Below, piece by piece: positions 48,440 through 58,039 of a stretch of DNA of 64,000 nucleotides; position 1 is the stretch's first letter; the number at the start of each line of letters is the position of its first letter. The notes under the pieces were generated by a model. That model was given only the letters and a program-made list of their open reading frames with translations. It ran no database searches and was not told where the DNA came from. This stretch comes from a virus, in IMG/VR virus record IMGVR_UViG_3300027733_000034, positions 67,533 through 131,532 of that record, one strand, 5' to 3'. The translations under genes were made by a program, and so were the position numbers.

Positions 48440-49281
48440 TGAAATTTTTAATTATACAGGAAAACGGTCGGCATGAAATTAGTAAACATTTAAGAGAATG
48501 CAACAGCATGCAAAGAGCTCTTGTTTACAATGGAGCAGAATGTGATGTATGGGGATTGGGTCATGAAAATTTTAACATTACCCCATCTTATGAAAAATAT
48601 GATGCAATCATTAACTTAGAAAATTATGATACCGGATGGATGCCTAATTTATCACATGTTAAATCTCCTTTAAAATTTCTCTGGGCTATAGATAGTCACT
48701 GTAGAGGACAGGATTATTATGACATGGTTTTTAATGAAGGAAAATATAACTATATTTTACAAGCCACAAAATATTTTTGTAAAGATAAAAGTCTGTGGTT
48801 TCCAAATTGCTATGATGATGATTTTTTGTTTCCTACAGAGAATGAAAAGAAACATTTGATAGGTTTTTGTGGCAATGTAGTTAATAGAGGATCTTTATTG
48901 CAACACCTAGCCTCTATTATGCCTTTTAAAATAGACATAGATGTCCGCGGAGAAGAGATGATTAATGTTATAAAATCATACAAGATTCATTTTAATAAAA
49001 ATATTAGTGTGGATGTAAATTATAGAAATTTTGAAACCATGGGATGTGGAACATTATTACTGACGGATCACAATGAACAATATTCAGAACTTGGATTTAA
49101 ACCCGAAACTAATGTATTTGTTTATAAAAATATAGAAGAAGCAGTTGAAATTATTAACTATTTAAAAGATAAAGAAGATGTTATTTCAGAAGTGGCGACA
49201 AAGGGTCAAGAATTTGTTAAATCTAAACACACTTTTAGGAATAGAGCAAAACATTTAATTAAATTTATTAATTCTCTGTAA
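48439..49281 (+). CDS. GT-B glycosyltransferase (Glyco_trans_1_2/CgeB-like)
   Basis: IGFCG, KIHFN, NYRNFETMGCG..LLT, HTFRNR. Confidence 0.85.
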   Translation: MKFLIIQENGRHEISKHLRECNSMQRALVYNGAECDVWGLGHENFNITPSYEKYDAIINLENYDTGWMPNLSHVKSPLKFLWAIDSHCRGQDYYDMVFNEGKYNYILQATKYFCKDKSLWFPNCYDDDFLFPTENEKKHLIGFCGNVVNRGSLLQHLASIMPFKIDIDVRGEEMINVIKSYKIHFNKNISVDVNYRNFETMGCGTLLLTDHNEQYSELGFKPETNVFVYKNIEEAVEIINYLKDKEDVISEVATKGQEFVKSKHTFRNRAKHLIKFINSL

Positions 49282-49282
49282 T

Positions 49283-50059
49283 ATGGAAATTAACATCAAC
49301 TTTTTTGTTATTGCTTATGATTTATTGTTAGACAAAGTTGTGCAACAATTATCAGAAGATGAACTTAATAAGTTAACCAGTTATACTGTACAAAAACGGA
49401 TTCCAAAGCAAATAAGTGCAAAGATAAATAATAGAATTAATGAATGGGAATTGCCGTGGAATGATTACTTTTATCAAACTAATCAGTGTTATGAGTATGG
49501 AGCTATGGTTCATTTATTTAAAAACAAAGAATTAATAGAAAATTTGACACATATAGGAATGCTTCACTATGATGTTATTTTTAATAAAAACTCAATTAAT
49601 AATATTCTTTTAGAATTGACAAAAAATCCAGATACTATTTTTTATCAAATGATAAGACCGAGAGAACAACTTTCTTTATCAAAATATGAGGTGTTTAAGT
49701 TGTGTGAATTTATGGAAGAAAGAATGGATATAATGATAGACGGGTCCATTGCGTGGAATGATGGATGGATAAGTGAAGCACTGAGTTTAACACCTAAATA
49801 TATTTTTGAAAAATTTGCTCTTTTCCTGTATAAACATCATTTAGAAATTAAAGACATCTTAAAAACTAATAGATGGAATATCATGGATCATTGTCCACAT
49901 CGCATGTGTGGAATTTTGGAAAGAATGTGGGGTTTTTATCTGGTATCACGTGACTTACCACTAAGGCAACTAGATATTATACATGACTGGGATTCTTACC
50001 AACATAAACACATGGAAACTAATGGTTCCGGAGCTTCTACTTTATGTCATTTCATATAA
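49283..50059 (+). CDS. Putative GT-A glycosyltransferase (DUF4422-like)
   Basis: YEYG..VH, HIGMLHYD, RMCGILER.WG. Confidence 0.55.
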   Translation: MEININFFVIAYDLLLDKVVQQLSEDELNKLTSYTVQKRIPKQISAKINNRINEWELPWNDYFYQTNQCYEYGAMVHLFKNKELIENLTHIGMLHYDVIFNKNSINNILLELTKNPDTIFYQMIRPREQLSLSKYEVFKLCEFMEERMDIMIDGSIAWNDGWISEALSLTPKYIFEKFALFLYKHHLEIKDILKTNRWNIMDHCPHRMCGILERMWGFYLVSRDLPLRQLDIIHDWDSYQHKHMETNGSGASTLCHFI

Positions 50060-50832
50060 ACAATATTTTAAATGCAGCTAATTATGAAGATATTTGTGAT
50101 TATTCTATTGTGCCACCTTATGGAAAATATTTTAACCCAGAAATCTTAACAAGAGATGCTACTATTTTTTGTAAAACAGATTTTATAGGATATCTTTTTA
50201 ATAACATTAAAGACTCTAAACAAAAATACAATTTAATTACTCATCACAGTGACTATCCCATTGATGAATCTCGTTGGAATTTAAAACCTTCTTGTATTAA
50301 GAAATGGTTTGCTATAAATCCAACAGTAGAACATTCAGATCTCATTGCCATACCATTAGGTCTTAAAACTCATAAAGGAGATTATCTAGAATCTAAATAT
50401 ATGACGTGTTGGTTTGCAGAAAACTTTAGGCCCTTAAAGGAAAATTTTAAATCAAATACAGTATACTGCAATTGGAATATAACCAATATAAATCGCAAAG
50501 AAATCTTAAATGTACTTAAAATCAATAAAATTAATTACATACAAGATGCCAATTTACCTTTTAATGAATACATTAAAAGAATGTCACAAAGCAAATTTGT
50601 AATTTCTCCTCCCGGAAACGGAATAGACTGTCACCGAACTTGGGAAGCTTTATATGTTGGTTGTATTCCAATTGTGTTAAAAAATCATATCTATAAAGAT
50701 TGGAATTTACCTATCTTACAGGTTAATGATTTTGGTGAAATAACTCAAGAGTTGCTCTCAGAATATCAGAGTCTAGAATTTGACAACAAAATGCTGATTA
50801 TAGATTACTGGAAACAATTGATAAAAAGTTGA
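50044..50832 (+). CDS. Exostosin (GT47)-like glycosyltransferase
   Basis: IPLGL, SKFVISPPGNGIDCHRTWEALYVGCIPIV. Confidence 0.8.
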   Translation: MSFHINNILNAANYEDICDYSIVPPYGKYFNPEILTRDATIFCKTDFIGYLFNNIKDSKQKYNLITHHSDYPIDESRWNLKPSCIKKWFAINPTVEHSDLIAIPLGLKTHKGDYLESKYMTCWFAENFRPLKENFKSNTVYCNWNITNINRKEILNVLKINKINYIQDANLPFNEYIKRMSQSKFVISPPGNGIDCHRTWEALYVGCIPIVLKNHIYKDWNLPILQVNDFGEITQELLSEYQSLEFDNKMLIIDYWKQLIKS

Positions 50833-50864
50833 ATAATATTTTTATAACTATAAAATAATAAATT

Positions 50865-51467
50865 ATGTATAATATTGACGAAGATGTATTAAATAAGTTG
50901 CTTTCTTTTTGTGATTTGAAAGGATTTGCCCCCGGAGCCTTTTTATACAATTCTAATGATAATAGTAAAAATCAACAATTAAAGTGTATAGCAGATATTT
51001 TTGATAAAATAAAACCAAAATATGTACTTGAAACCGGCACAGAGTCTGCCATGTTTTGCTATTTTGTTAAATGTTTAGTACCAGATATAAAAGTCGTAAC
51101 ATTTGGCATGAATGACGGGCATAATCCTACTGGAGATCATCGTTCTCAGAAGTGTACAACCTATTTGAATCAAATTTTTAATAATTATATCGAGTATATA
51201 GAAGGTGATAGTGCTCTAACCTTAACTGCATTTAATACCAAAGAACAAATTGATTTTGCTTGGATTGATGGATGTCATGATTATAATTTTGTAATGTCAG
51301 ATCTAACAAACTGTCTTCGGTTGGGTATTAAACATATTTGTCTTGATGATTATTCGATGTTTTCAGATGTGCGTAGTGCGGTGAATGAATTTGTTAACAC
51401 AAATTCTTACAGAATTCAATGTGTAACAGATGAAGAACGTGGTATTTGTTATATAACAAATGAATAG
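50865..51467 (+). CDS. Class I SAM methyltransferase (Methyltransf_24-like)
   Basis: VLETGT, IEGDS, DFAWIDGCHDY..V..D, LDDY. Confidence 0.82.
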   Translation: MYNIDEDVLNKLLSFCDLKGFAPGAFLYNSNDNSKNQQLKCIADIFDKIKPKYVLETGTESAMFCYFVKCLVPDIKVVTFGMNDGHNPTGDHRSQKCTTYLNQIFNNYIEYIEGDSALTLTAFNTKEQIDFAWIDGCHDYNFVMSDLTNCLRLGIKHICLDDYSMFSDVRSAVNEFVNTNSYRIQCVTDEERGICYITNE

Positions 51468-52560
51468 CCGTTTAAAAATTTGTATTGTAGGAAGTTGTAA
51501 TTTACAACAATTTCCTTTAATTGATTATGGAGGCATAGAATCTTCTGTAGAACATCTATGTTCTGGTTTACATTCCCATTTTAAAGATGAAATAAATTTT
51601 AATGTTATAGTACCTAAAATAGAAAAAAATCAAGAATTGACTTCTCGGTACAATTTTAAAATTATTGAAACAAATTATATAGGATGCAGCAACTCTGGAA
51701 TACATCCTATTAATTTTGCTCTGGAAGCTAGAGAAATAATTCAATCTTCTTCCTCTAAGCCAGATATAATTTGGTCTCAAGGGGATTGGTCTGCAAAAGG
51801 TCTTTATGATTTAGGTATACCTATAATTTCAACTATTCAAGATAGTGGTCCGTGGGTTGAGGGAAAGTACATTTTTCATAAAAATGTTTATTATAGATTT
51901 GTATCAAAATTTTTATATGATTTGGTTTTAGAAGACTCTGAAAAAAGAGAAGATGTAAGAAATATTAAATCAAAAAGTTTCTGGGCTCATACTGGATTGG
52001 ATGATTCCGAATTTATCTTTGAACCTTGCAAAGAAAATTACATACTCTGGGTAGCTGGTTTACATTGGGGAATTGAAGGAAAGGGATTAGATGTCTTTAT
52101 AGAATTGGCAAAGCAATTACCAGAAGAAAATTTTATAGCCTATGGAACGGGTAATGAAGATGTTGCTAATTACCTGAAAAAAGTAGCCACAGAATTACCA
52201 AATTTAGAATTTAGAGGCAAATTAATGAGAGGAGAAGAGCATAAAAATGCATTTAAGAATGCAAAATTTTTTGTAATGTTCACCAGGATTCCAGAAGCTT
52301 TCGGAAGAACCAATATAGAAGCTCTTTCCAAAGGTACACCAGTTTTGGGATCTTTGTATGGTTCAGTACCAGAATTAATATCTGATAAAAATGCTGGAAT
52401 TAGTTCAAATAGCTTAGAAGATTTGATTAAAGTTATTAAAGACAATAAAATAGATCATAAAAAATGTTATGATTATGCTCTGAAAAATTTTCATGTTAAT
52501 CAAGAAATAGAATTCTTGATTAAAAAATCCAAACAAATATTAAACTATGAGAGTATTTAA
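51460..52560 (+). CDS. GT4 glycosyltransferase
   Basis: P..YGGIE, KGLD, EAFGRTNIEALSKGTPV. Confidence 0.88.
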   Translation: MNSRLKICIVGSCNLQQFPLIDYGGIESSVEHLCSGLHSHFKDEINFNVIVPKIEKNQELTSRYNFKIIETNYIGCSNSGIHPINFALEAREIIQSSSSKPDIIWSQGDWSAKGLYDLGIPIISTIQDSGPWVEGKYIFHKNVYYRFVSKFLYDLVLEDSEKREDVRNIKSKSFWAHTGLDDSEFIFEPCKENYILWVAGLHWGIEGKGLDVFIELAKQLPEENFIAYGTGNEDVANYLKKVATELPNLEFRGKLMRGEEHKNAFKNAKFFVMFTRIPEAFGRTNIEALSKGTPVLGSLYGSVPELISDKNAGISSNSLEDLIKVIKDNKIDHKKCYDYALKNFHVNQEIEFLIKKSKQILNYESI

Positions 52561-53086
52561 AACTAGAAATGATTTATTAGATAAACTTCCTAAAAATTTA
52601 AAAATAGCCGAATTAGGAGTTTTTAAGGGAGAATTTGCTCAAGAAATTTATAGAAGAATGATTCCTAGGGAATTAAATTTAGTGGATATCTGGTTGGGAG
52701 AATTTGGTTCTGGTGATAAAGACGGAAATAATCACACAGTTGTTAGTAACATGGAGGAGGTGTTTTTTAATCTTAGAGACACTTATAAATTTTTTAGCAA
52801 TGTAAATGTAATACGAAGTGATACAGAAAATTTTTTAAATTCATGTGCGGATAATTCTTATGATATGATTTATGTGGATGCGGATCATTCCTATGAAGCA
52901 GTCTCTAGAGATTTAGAACTATCATTCTTGAAAATTAAAAATTCTGGAATTTTATCAGGACACGATTATATTAAGAACACTCAAATAGAGGCTGCTGTTA
53001 ATAATTTCTGTCATCAATATAAACAAGATATTGTAGCAATAACCGAAGATGGTTGTCCTACTTTTGTTATACAAGTAACTAAATAA
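52547..53086 (+). CDS. Class I SAM methyltransferase (Methyltransf_24-like)
   Basis: ELGVFKG, VDIW, DMIYVDADHSYE.V..D, GILSGHDY. Confidence 0.88.
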   Translation: MRVFKTRNDLLDKLPKNLKIAELGVFKGEFAQEIYRRMIPRELNLVDIWLGEFGSGDKDGNNHTVVSNMEEVFFNLRDTYKFFSNVNVIRSDTENFLNSCADNSYDMIYVDADHSYEAVSRDLELSFLKIKNSGILSGHDYIKNTQIEAAVNNFCHQYKQDIVAITEDGCPTFVIQVTK

Positions 53087-54034
53087 ATGAAAAATATTTT
53101 ATTCCATTCCAATCAACTTTGTATCAGAGGTACAGAAGTGGCTATGTATGACTATGCTCATTATAATGAAACATTGTTAAATAATAAATCCTATATTGTT
53201 TCCAGAAAAGACAGTGACTTAGGAGCTCTTAAAAAATTTGAAGATAGATTTGAAGTATTTTTATATAATGACTTTGAAGAAATAGAAGATATTATTAAAG
53301 ACAAAAAAATAGATTATACCTATTTAACAAAAGCTGGAGATATAGATGGCAGAGTCTCTAAAAGTTCTAAAAATTTAATACATGCAGTATTTCAGCATTA
53401 TAATCCACACGGAGACAAATATGTTTACATATCAAAATGGCTATCTCAAAAAATGGCCAATGATCCTAATAACTATATTCCTTATATAGTAACATTACCC
53501 GAACCTCAAAAAAATGATCTGCGTAAAAAATTAAACATACCCGAAGAAGCCACTATTATTGGAAGACATGGAGGATTTGAAGAATTTAACATAGGATTGG
53601 CTATACAGGCTGTATATGACGTAGTAAATAAAAGAGAAGACATTTATTTTGTTTTTATGAATACTCGAGAATTTTGTAAACATAAACAAATTTTTTTTAT
53701 TAACCCCACTTACAATCTTCAAAACAAATCCAATTATATTAACATGTGTGATGGTATGATTCATGCTAGACAATTTGGTGAATCTTTTGGATTGGCTATT
53801 GCAGAATTTTTATTTTTAAACAAACCAGTAATAAGCTGTAGACAAGGAATAGACTCTGCACATTTAGATATGTTAGGAGATAAGGGTTTATGGTACTCTA
53901 CCCATCAAGAGTGTTTTGATATTTTATTAAATTTTGACAGACAATATCATAAAGCTATAAATTACAAAGAATTAGTTTTAGAATTTACTCCTGAAAATGT
54001 AATGAAACGATTTAATAATTTGTTCTTATCGTAG
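53087..54034 (+). CDS. GT4-like (GT-B) glycosyltransferase
   Basis: RGTEVAMYDYAHYNE, GRHGG, HAR..GESFGLAIAEF...NKPVI. Confidence 0.85.
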   Translation: MKNILFHSNQLCIRGTEVAMYDYAHYNETLLNNKSYIVSRKDSDLGALKKFEDRFEVFLYNDFEEIEDIIKDKKIDYTYLTKAGDIDGRVSKSSKNLIHAVFQHYNPHGDKYVYISKWLSQKMANDPNNYIPYIVTLPEPQKNDLRKKLNIPEEATIIGRHGGFEEFNIGLAIQAVYDVVNKREDIYFVFMNTREFCKHKQIFFINPTYNLQNKSNYINMCDGMIHARQFGESFGLAIAEFLFLNKPVISCRQGIDSAHLDMLGDKGLWYSTHQECFDILLNFDRQYHKAINYKELVLEFTPENVMKRFNNLFLS

Positions 54035-54078
54035 TTTATCTTTCTTGATATTTTTAAATTGTCTAGGATACTATACTA

Positions 54079-55896
54079 GTGAAGCGAGTAATTTTTAAAT
54101 CTGTAAAAATACAAAATTTTCTCTCTGTAGGAGAAACACCTCTAACATTAAATTTTCAAAGTGGTATCTCTATTATAACTGGAGAAAATAGAGACAAAGG
54201 AGGGAGGAATGGTGTAGGTAAAAGCACTATTGTAGAATCTTTATATTGGTGTCTGTTTGGTAACACCATGAGAGAAATTAAAAGAGAGAGAATAGTTCAT
54301 AGACAGTCAGATGGCAATTGTTGTGTAGTGTTAGAATTTGATGTAGTCTCATCGAATAAAGTAAATGCATACACTTTAATAAGGACCATCTCTCCAAATT
54401 CTGTAAAATTGTATTGCAATGAAGAGGATATTACCCTCTCCTCAATGCCTAAAACGGATGAAAAGGTTAAAGAACTCATAGGAGCCAATGAAGAAGTGTT
54501 TCGTAACGCAGTCATTATGGCTGCTAATAACACCTTGCCTTTCATGGCTCAAAAGAAAGTAGATAAGAGAAAATTTGTAGAAGGCATATTACAGTTAGGT
54601 ATTTTTAGTGAAATGCTTTTACAGATCCGGCTGGATCATAATGATTTAAAAAAAGAAAATGATCTTTGTAGTACAAAATTTATAGAAAAACAGAAAAATT
54701 TAGAAATTTACAATAAACAATTTCAAAAAACAGAAAATGTTAAAATTGAAAAAATAGATAATTTAAAAACCAAAATATCTATAAATAAAGAAAAAATAGA
54801 AACTGAATCTAAATTAGATTTAAATGCTTTGGAACAAGAAAAAAATGACTTGTTAAATTCAATTTCTAAAAAAGAACAAAAAATTAAAAAATTAGAAGAA
54901 TTATCTTTAGATTGTTCTGGATCATCAGACTTTCTGAAAAAACAAGAAAATTTGTCTTCATTTAAAATTGCTCAATTAAAAAAAGAATTAGAGGCATTAA
55001 AAGAAAAAACTCAAACATGTCCTACCTGTAAGAGATCTTATGAAGACCATGATAAAAAACACATAGAAGAATTGTGTAATGATATTGATGTAAAAATTAA
55101 AACAGAAGAAGAATCTAAAAAATTATTAACAGCAGATATTAAGCAAAAAAATAAAGATTGCAAAGATATAGTAGAAGCAATCAAAACATTAAACACACAA
55201 ATTAAAAAAGATTCAGACAGTATACATAATTTTTCTATAATTTCTAAAGAAATCAAACACTTAACAGACATAAACAATTCTCTTCAAAAAGAAATTGAAG
55301 AAATTCAAAATTCTAAAAATGAATTTGAAAGTTTAATATCAAATATTAAAGAAGAAATTGCTGAAGAAGAAACTAAATTGGAAGATTTACAAAAAAGAAT
55401 TTCAGTTCTAGAGGTGGCAAAGTATGTAGTATCAGAAGAAGGGGTGAAGACCTACATTATCAAGAAAATGTTAGTCATTCTCAATTCTAGATTAAATCAT
55501 TATTTGCAAATTTTAGAAGCTCCGTGTAAATGTGAATTCAATGAAGTGTTTGAAGAAACCATTCATGATGAGTATGGAAAAGAAAGCTCTTATTTTAACT
55601 ATAGTGCCGGAGAACAAAAACGAATAGATCTAGCTATTCTTTTTATGTTTCAAGATTTGTTAAGACAGCAAACAGGTACATCCTTTTCCTTGAGTATGTA
55701 TGATGAATTATTTGATTCTGCTATAGACGAGAAAGGTGTAGATAAAATTTTAGACATTTTAAAAGATAGAGTTGAAAAATTTCAAGAAAACATTTATATT
55801 ATCTCACACAACACTCATACCTCTAAATCAGGTGTGGATCAGATTATTCTTTTAGAAAAACACAACGGAGAAACAAAATTAATTGAACAAATTTAA
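54079..55896 (+). CDS. Recombination ATPase gp46 (Rad50/SbcC-like)
   Basis: NFLSVG, NGVGKST, Zn hook CPTC, YSAGE..RIDLA, YDELFD, ISH; GTG start. Confidence 0.95.
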   Translation: MKRVIFKSVKIQNFLSVGETPLTLNFQSGISIITGENRDKGGRNGVGKSTIVESLYWCLFGNTMREIKRERIVHRQSDGNCCVVLEFDVVSSNKVNAYTLIRTISPNSVKLYCNEEDITLSSMPKTDEKVKELIGANEEVFRNAVIMAANNTLPFMAQKKVDKRKFVEGILQLGIFSEMLLQIRLDHNDLKKENDLCSTKFIEKQKNLEIYNKQFQKTENVKIEKIDNLKTKISINKEKIETESKLDLNALEQEKNDLLNSISKKEQKIKKLEELSLDCSGSSDFLKKQENLSSFKIAQLKKELEALKEKTQTCPTCKRSYEDHDKKHIEELCNDIDVKIKTEEESKKLLTADIKQKNKDCKDIVEAIKTLNTQIKKDSDSIHNFSIISKEIKHLTDINNSLQKEIEEIQNSKNEFESLISNIKEEIAEEETKLEDLQKRISVLEVAKYVVSEEGVKTYIIKKMLVILNSRLNHYLQILEAPCKCEFNEVFEETIHDEYGKESSYFNYSAGEQKRIDLAILFMFQDLLRQQTGTSFSLSMYDELFDSAIDEKGVDKILDILKDRVEKFQENIYIISHNTHTSKSGVDQIILLEKHNGETKLIEQI

Positions 55897-55900
55897 TATT

Positions 55901-56653
55901 ATGACAGAAAACAATTATCTATTGATTAGTGATGATGGTCCAGGATTTCACACCATTGAAGGAGAAGGCCGATTAATCGGAAAACCCAGTATCTTCTTAC
56001 GTTTATTTGGATGCAATTTGACATGTAAAGGATGGGCTACTCCTGATTCTCCCTGGGGTTGTGATTCCTTTATCTCATGGTCCAAGAAAAACAAATGGAC
56101 ATTTGAAGATATCTTTAAATTTTATGAAGAAAATGGTCTTGTTGAGAAGCTTTTAAGAGGAGATATCTGGAAATTGACTGGCGGAGAACCTTTCTTACGC
56201 CAAGAACCACTATTAGATTTTGTAGAAGAATTTGTCAGTCGTTATAAACAAATTCCAACTATTGATTTTGAAACCAATGGCACCATTAAACCTAATGATA
56301 CTTGGTATGATACCTACGAAGCATCCTTTACAGTATCACCGAAGTTATCTAGTAATGGAGATCCAAAAGAAAGAAGGTATCAACCAGAAGTTTTAGATTG
56401 GCATGCTAAACACAATTCTTGTTTTAAGTTTGTAGTTAATTCTAAAGAAGACATGGATGAATTGTTTGAAAATTACATTAATTCTAAAGAATTTTATATT
56501 AATCCAAGCAATGTATGGCTTATGGTATGTGCAGGTTCCCGAAAAGAACATGTAGAGAGAGCAGCATATGTAGCAGAGTTAGCCAAGGAACATGGTTTTA
56601 ATTTTTCACCAAGACTTCAGTTAGTAATTTGGGATAAAGCTCTTCGTGTATAA
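55901..56653 (+). CDS. queE: 7-carboxy-7-deazaguanine synthase QueE (radical SAM)
   Basis: TIEGEG..G.P..FLRL.GCNL.C...CDS, TGGEP, ETNGT, SPKL, KFVV, SPRLQ..IW. Confidence 0.9.
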   Translation: MTENNYLLISDDGPGFHTIEGEGRLIGKPSIFLRLFGCNLTCKGWATPDSPWGCDSFISWSKKNKWTFEDIFKFYEENGLVEKLLRGDIWKLTGGEPFLRQEPLLDFVEEFVSRYKQIPTIDFETNGTIKPNDTWYDTYEASFTVSPKLSSNGDPKERRYQPEVLDWHAKHNSCFKFVVNSKEDMDELFENYINSKEFYINPSNVWLMVCAGSRKEHVERAAYVAELAKEHGFNFSPRLQLVIWDKALRV

Positions 56654-56685
56654 GTGATTTTTTATTATCTTAACTATATATTTCA

Positions 56686-57996
56686 ATGGCCTTAAAAATT
56701 AAAAATCAAACAGATGTAATATCTAAAGATTCTATCATTTATCAGTACAATGTAATCTTAGGAGGCATACCCAATTTGCCAGTAGGTGTTCCTAAACAAT
56801 TTTTACCAGTTTATCGTTATATACTATTGACCCCTATTCATGTTCCAGCAGCTCCGGCAGTAGAAATGCCGGAAGCATCTACTCCAAGAGCATTAAATTA
56901 TTATGCAGATTACGGTGGTTGTGGATTCTGGAGAATGGTTTGGCCAGAAGTTGCTTTAAATGCTTATCAAAAAGCTAGTATTTCTGGTTTAACTAGCATG
57001 GTTTTAGATATAAGGTTTTATCAAGGTATTAAATCTATTAGATTCCAACGCCAAGCAACACCAATTCAAGAACAATTCATTGTCGAATTGAAAAAATCTC
57101 AAAAAGATATGGGCTACCGCATGCTGTATGAGGTAGATGATATTGTTTTTAGGAATGATATTCCTGATTACAATAGATGCAAAGAAGCCTTTGCCTCCAA
57201 AGAAACCGAAGACACTATCCTGCGTATATTAAGTCACATGGATGAAATGACCGTTACTTGTCAATTCATGAAAGATTATTATATGGAGAAGACTGGACTC
57301 AAAAATATTACAGTCATTCCCAATTATGCCCCGAAGTCTTGGTTAGGTAGGCTTTACAATCCAGAAAGAATTGCTAGATTATATGATCAACATAAAAAGA
57401 GACCTCGTATTTTGTATTCTGGGTCTGGAACTCATGTAGATATGATCAACAAAACTGGTTTCAAGGATGATTTTGAACATGTGGTTCAGGAAATTATTAA
57501 AGCTCGTAAAAAGTTTAAATTTGTTTGGAAGGGTACCTATCCGTTAGCAGTCAAACCCTTTATCGATAATGGAGAAATGGAATTTTTAGGATGGACTCCT
57601 CTTTTTGATTTGCCTCAAGCTCAATATGATGCTGGTTGTAATGCTACTTTTGCTCCTTTACAGGATAATATCTTTAATAAATCTAAGAGTAATATTAAAA
57701 TGATTGAATCTGGTGCTCTTGGTATGCCAGGAGTCTTCCAAGACCTGTGTACCTACGGGGATGCAGAGGTAAAATTCAAATCTGGCACAGATCTTATCAA
57801 TCAATTAGAATATATTACGTCTGATTTTGATAGATATATGAAATTGTCTTCTAATCTTTATCAGTTTACAGATAAATTATGGCTAGAAGATCATTTAGAC
57901 TGCTATGAAGCTATATATTTTACACCCTGGGGCAGCAAAGAGCGCCAACTCAAGTCTCCAGAGCTCATTAGATTGAATCCAGATCAAAAATTGTAG
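56686..57996 (+). CDS. GT-B glycosyltransferase adjacent to DNA polymerase
   Basis: GCGFWRMVWP, YEVDD, TVT, VIPN, APL.DN.FN.SKS.IK..E.GA.G.P. Confidence 0.78.
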   Translation: MALKIKNQTDVISKDSIIYQYNVILGGIPNLPVGVPKQFLPVYRYILLTPIHVPAAPAVEMPEASTPRALNYYADYGGCGFWRMVWPEVALNAYQKASISGLTSMVLDIRFYQGIKSIRFQRQATPIQEQFIVELKKSQKDMGYRMLYEVDDIVFRNDIPDYNRCKEAFASKETEDTILRILSHMDEMTVTCQFMKDYYMEKTGLKNITVIPNYAPKSWLGRLYNPERIARLYDQHKKRPRILYSGSGTHVDMINKTGFKDDFEHVVQEIIKARKKFKFVWKGTYPLAVKPFIDNGEMEFLGWTPLFDLPQAQYDAGCNATFAPLQDNIFNKSKSNIKMIESGALGMPGVFQDLCTYGDAEVKFKSGTDLINQLEYITSDFDRYMKLSSNLYQFTDKLWLEDHLDCYEAIYFTPWGSKERQLKSPELIRLNPDQKL

Positions 57997-58039
57997 AAAT
58001 TAACTTGATTTCCTCACTAAAAACTGAGAAAATATAAGC

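Noticed and set aside
44088-54034. GT island as a captured bacterial O-antigen/capsule locus or chimeric assembly
   Set aside because: No wzx/wzy/ABC export or sugar-synthesis genes; the first ORF overlaps gp47 and the gene packing matches the phage
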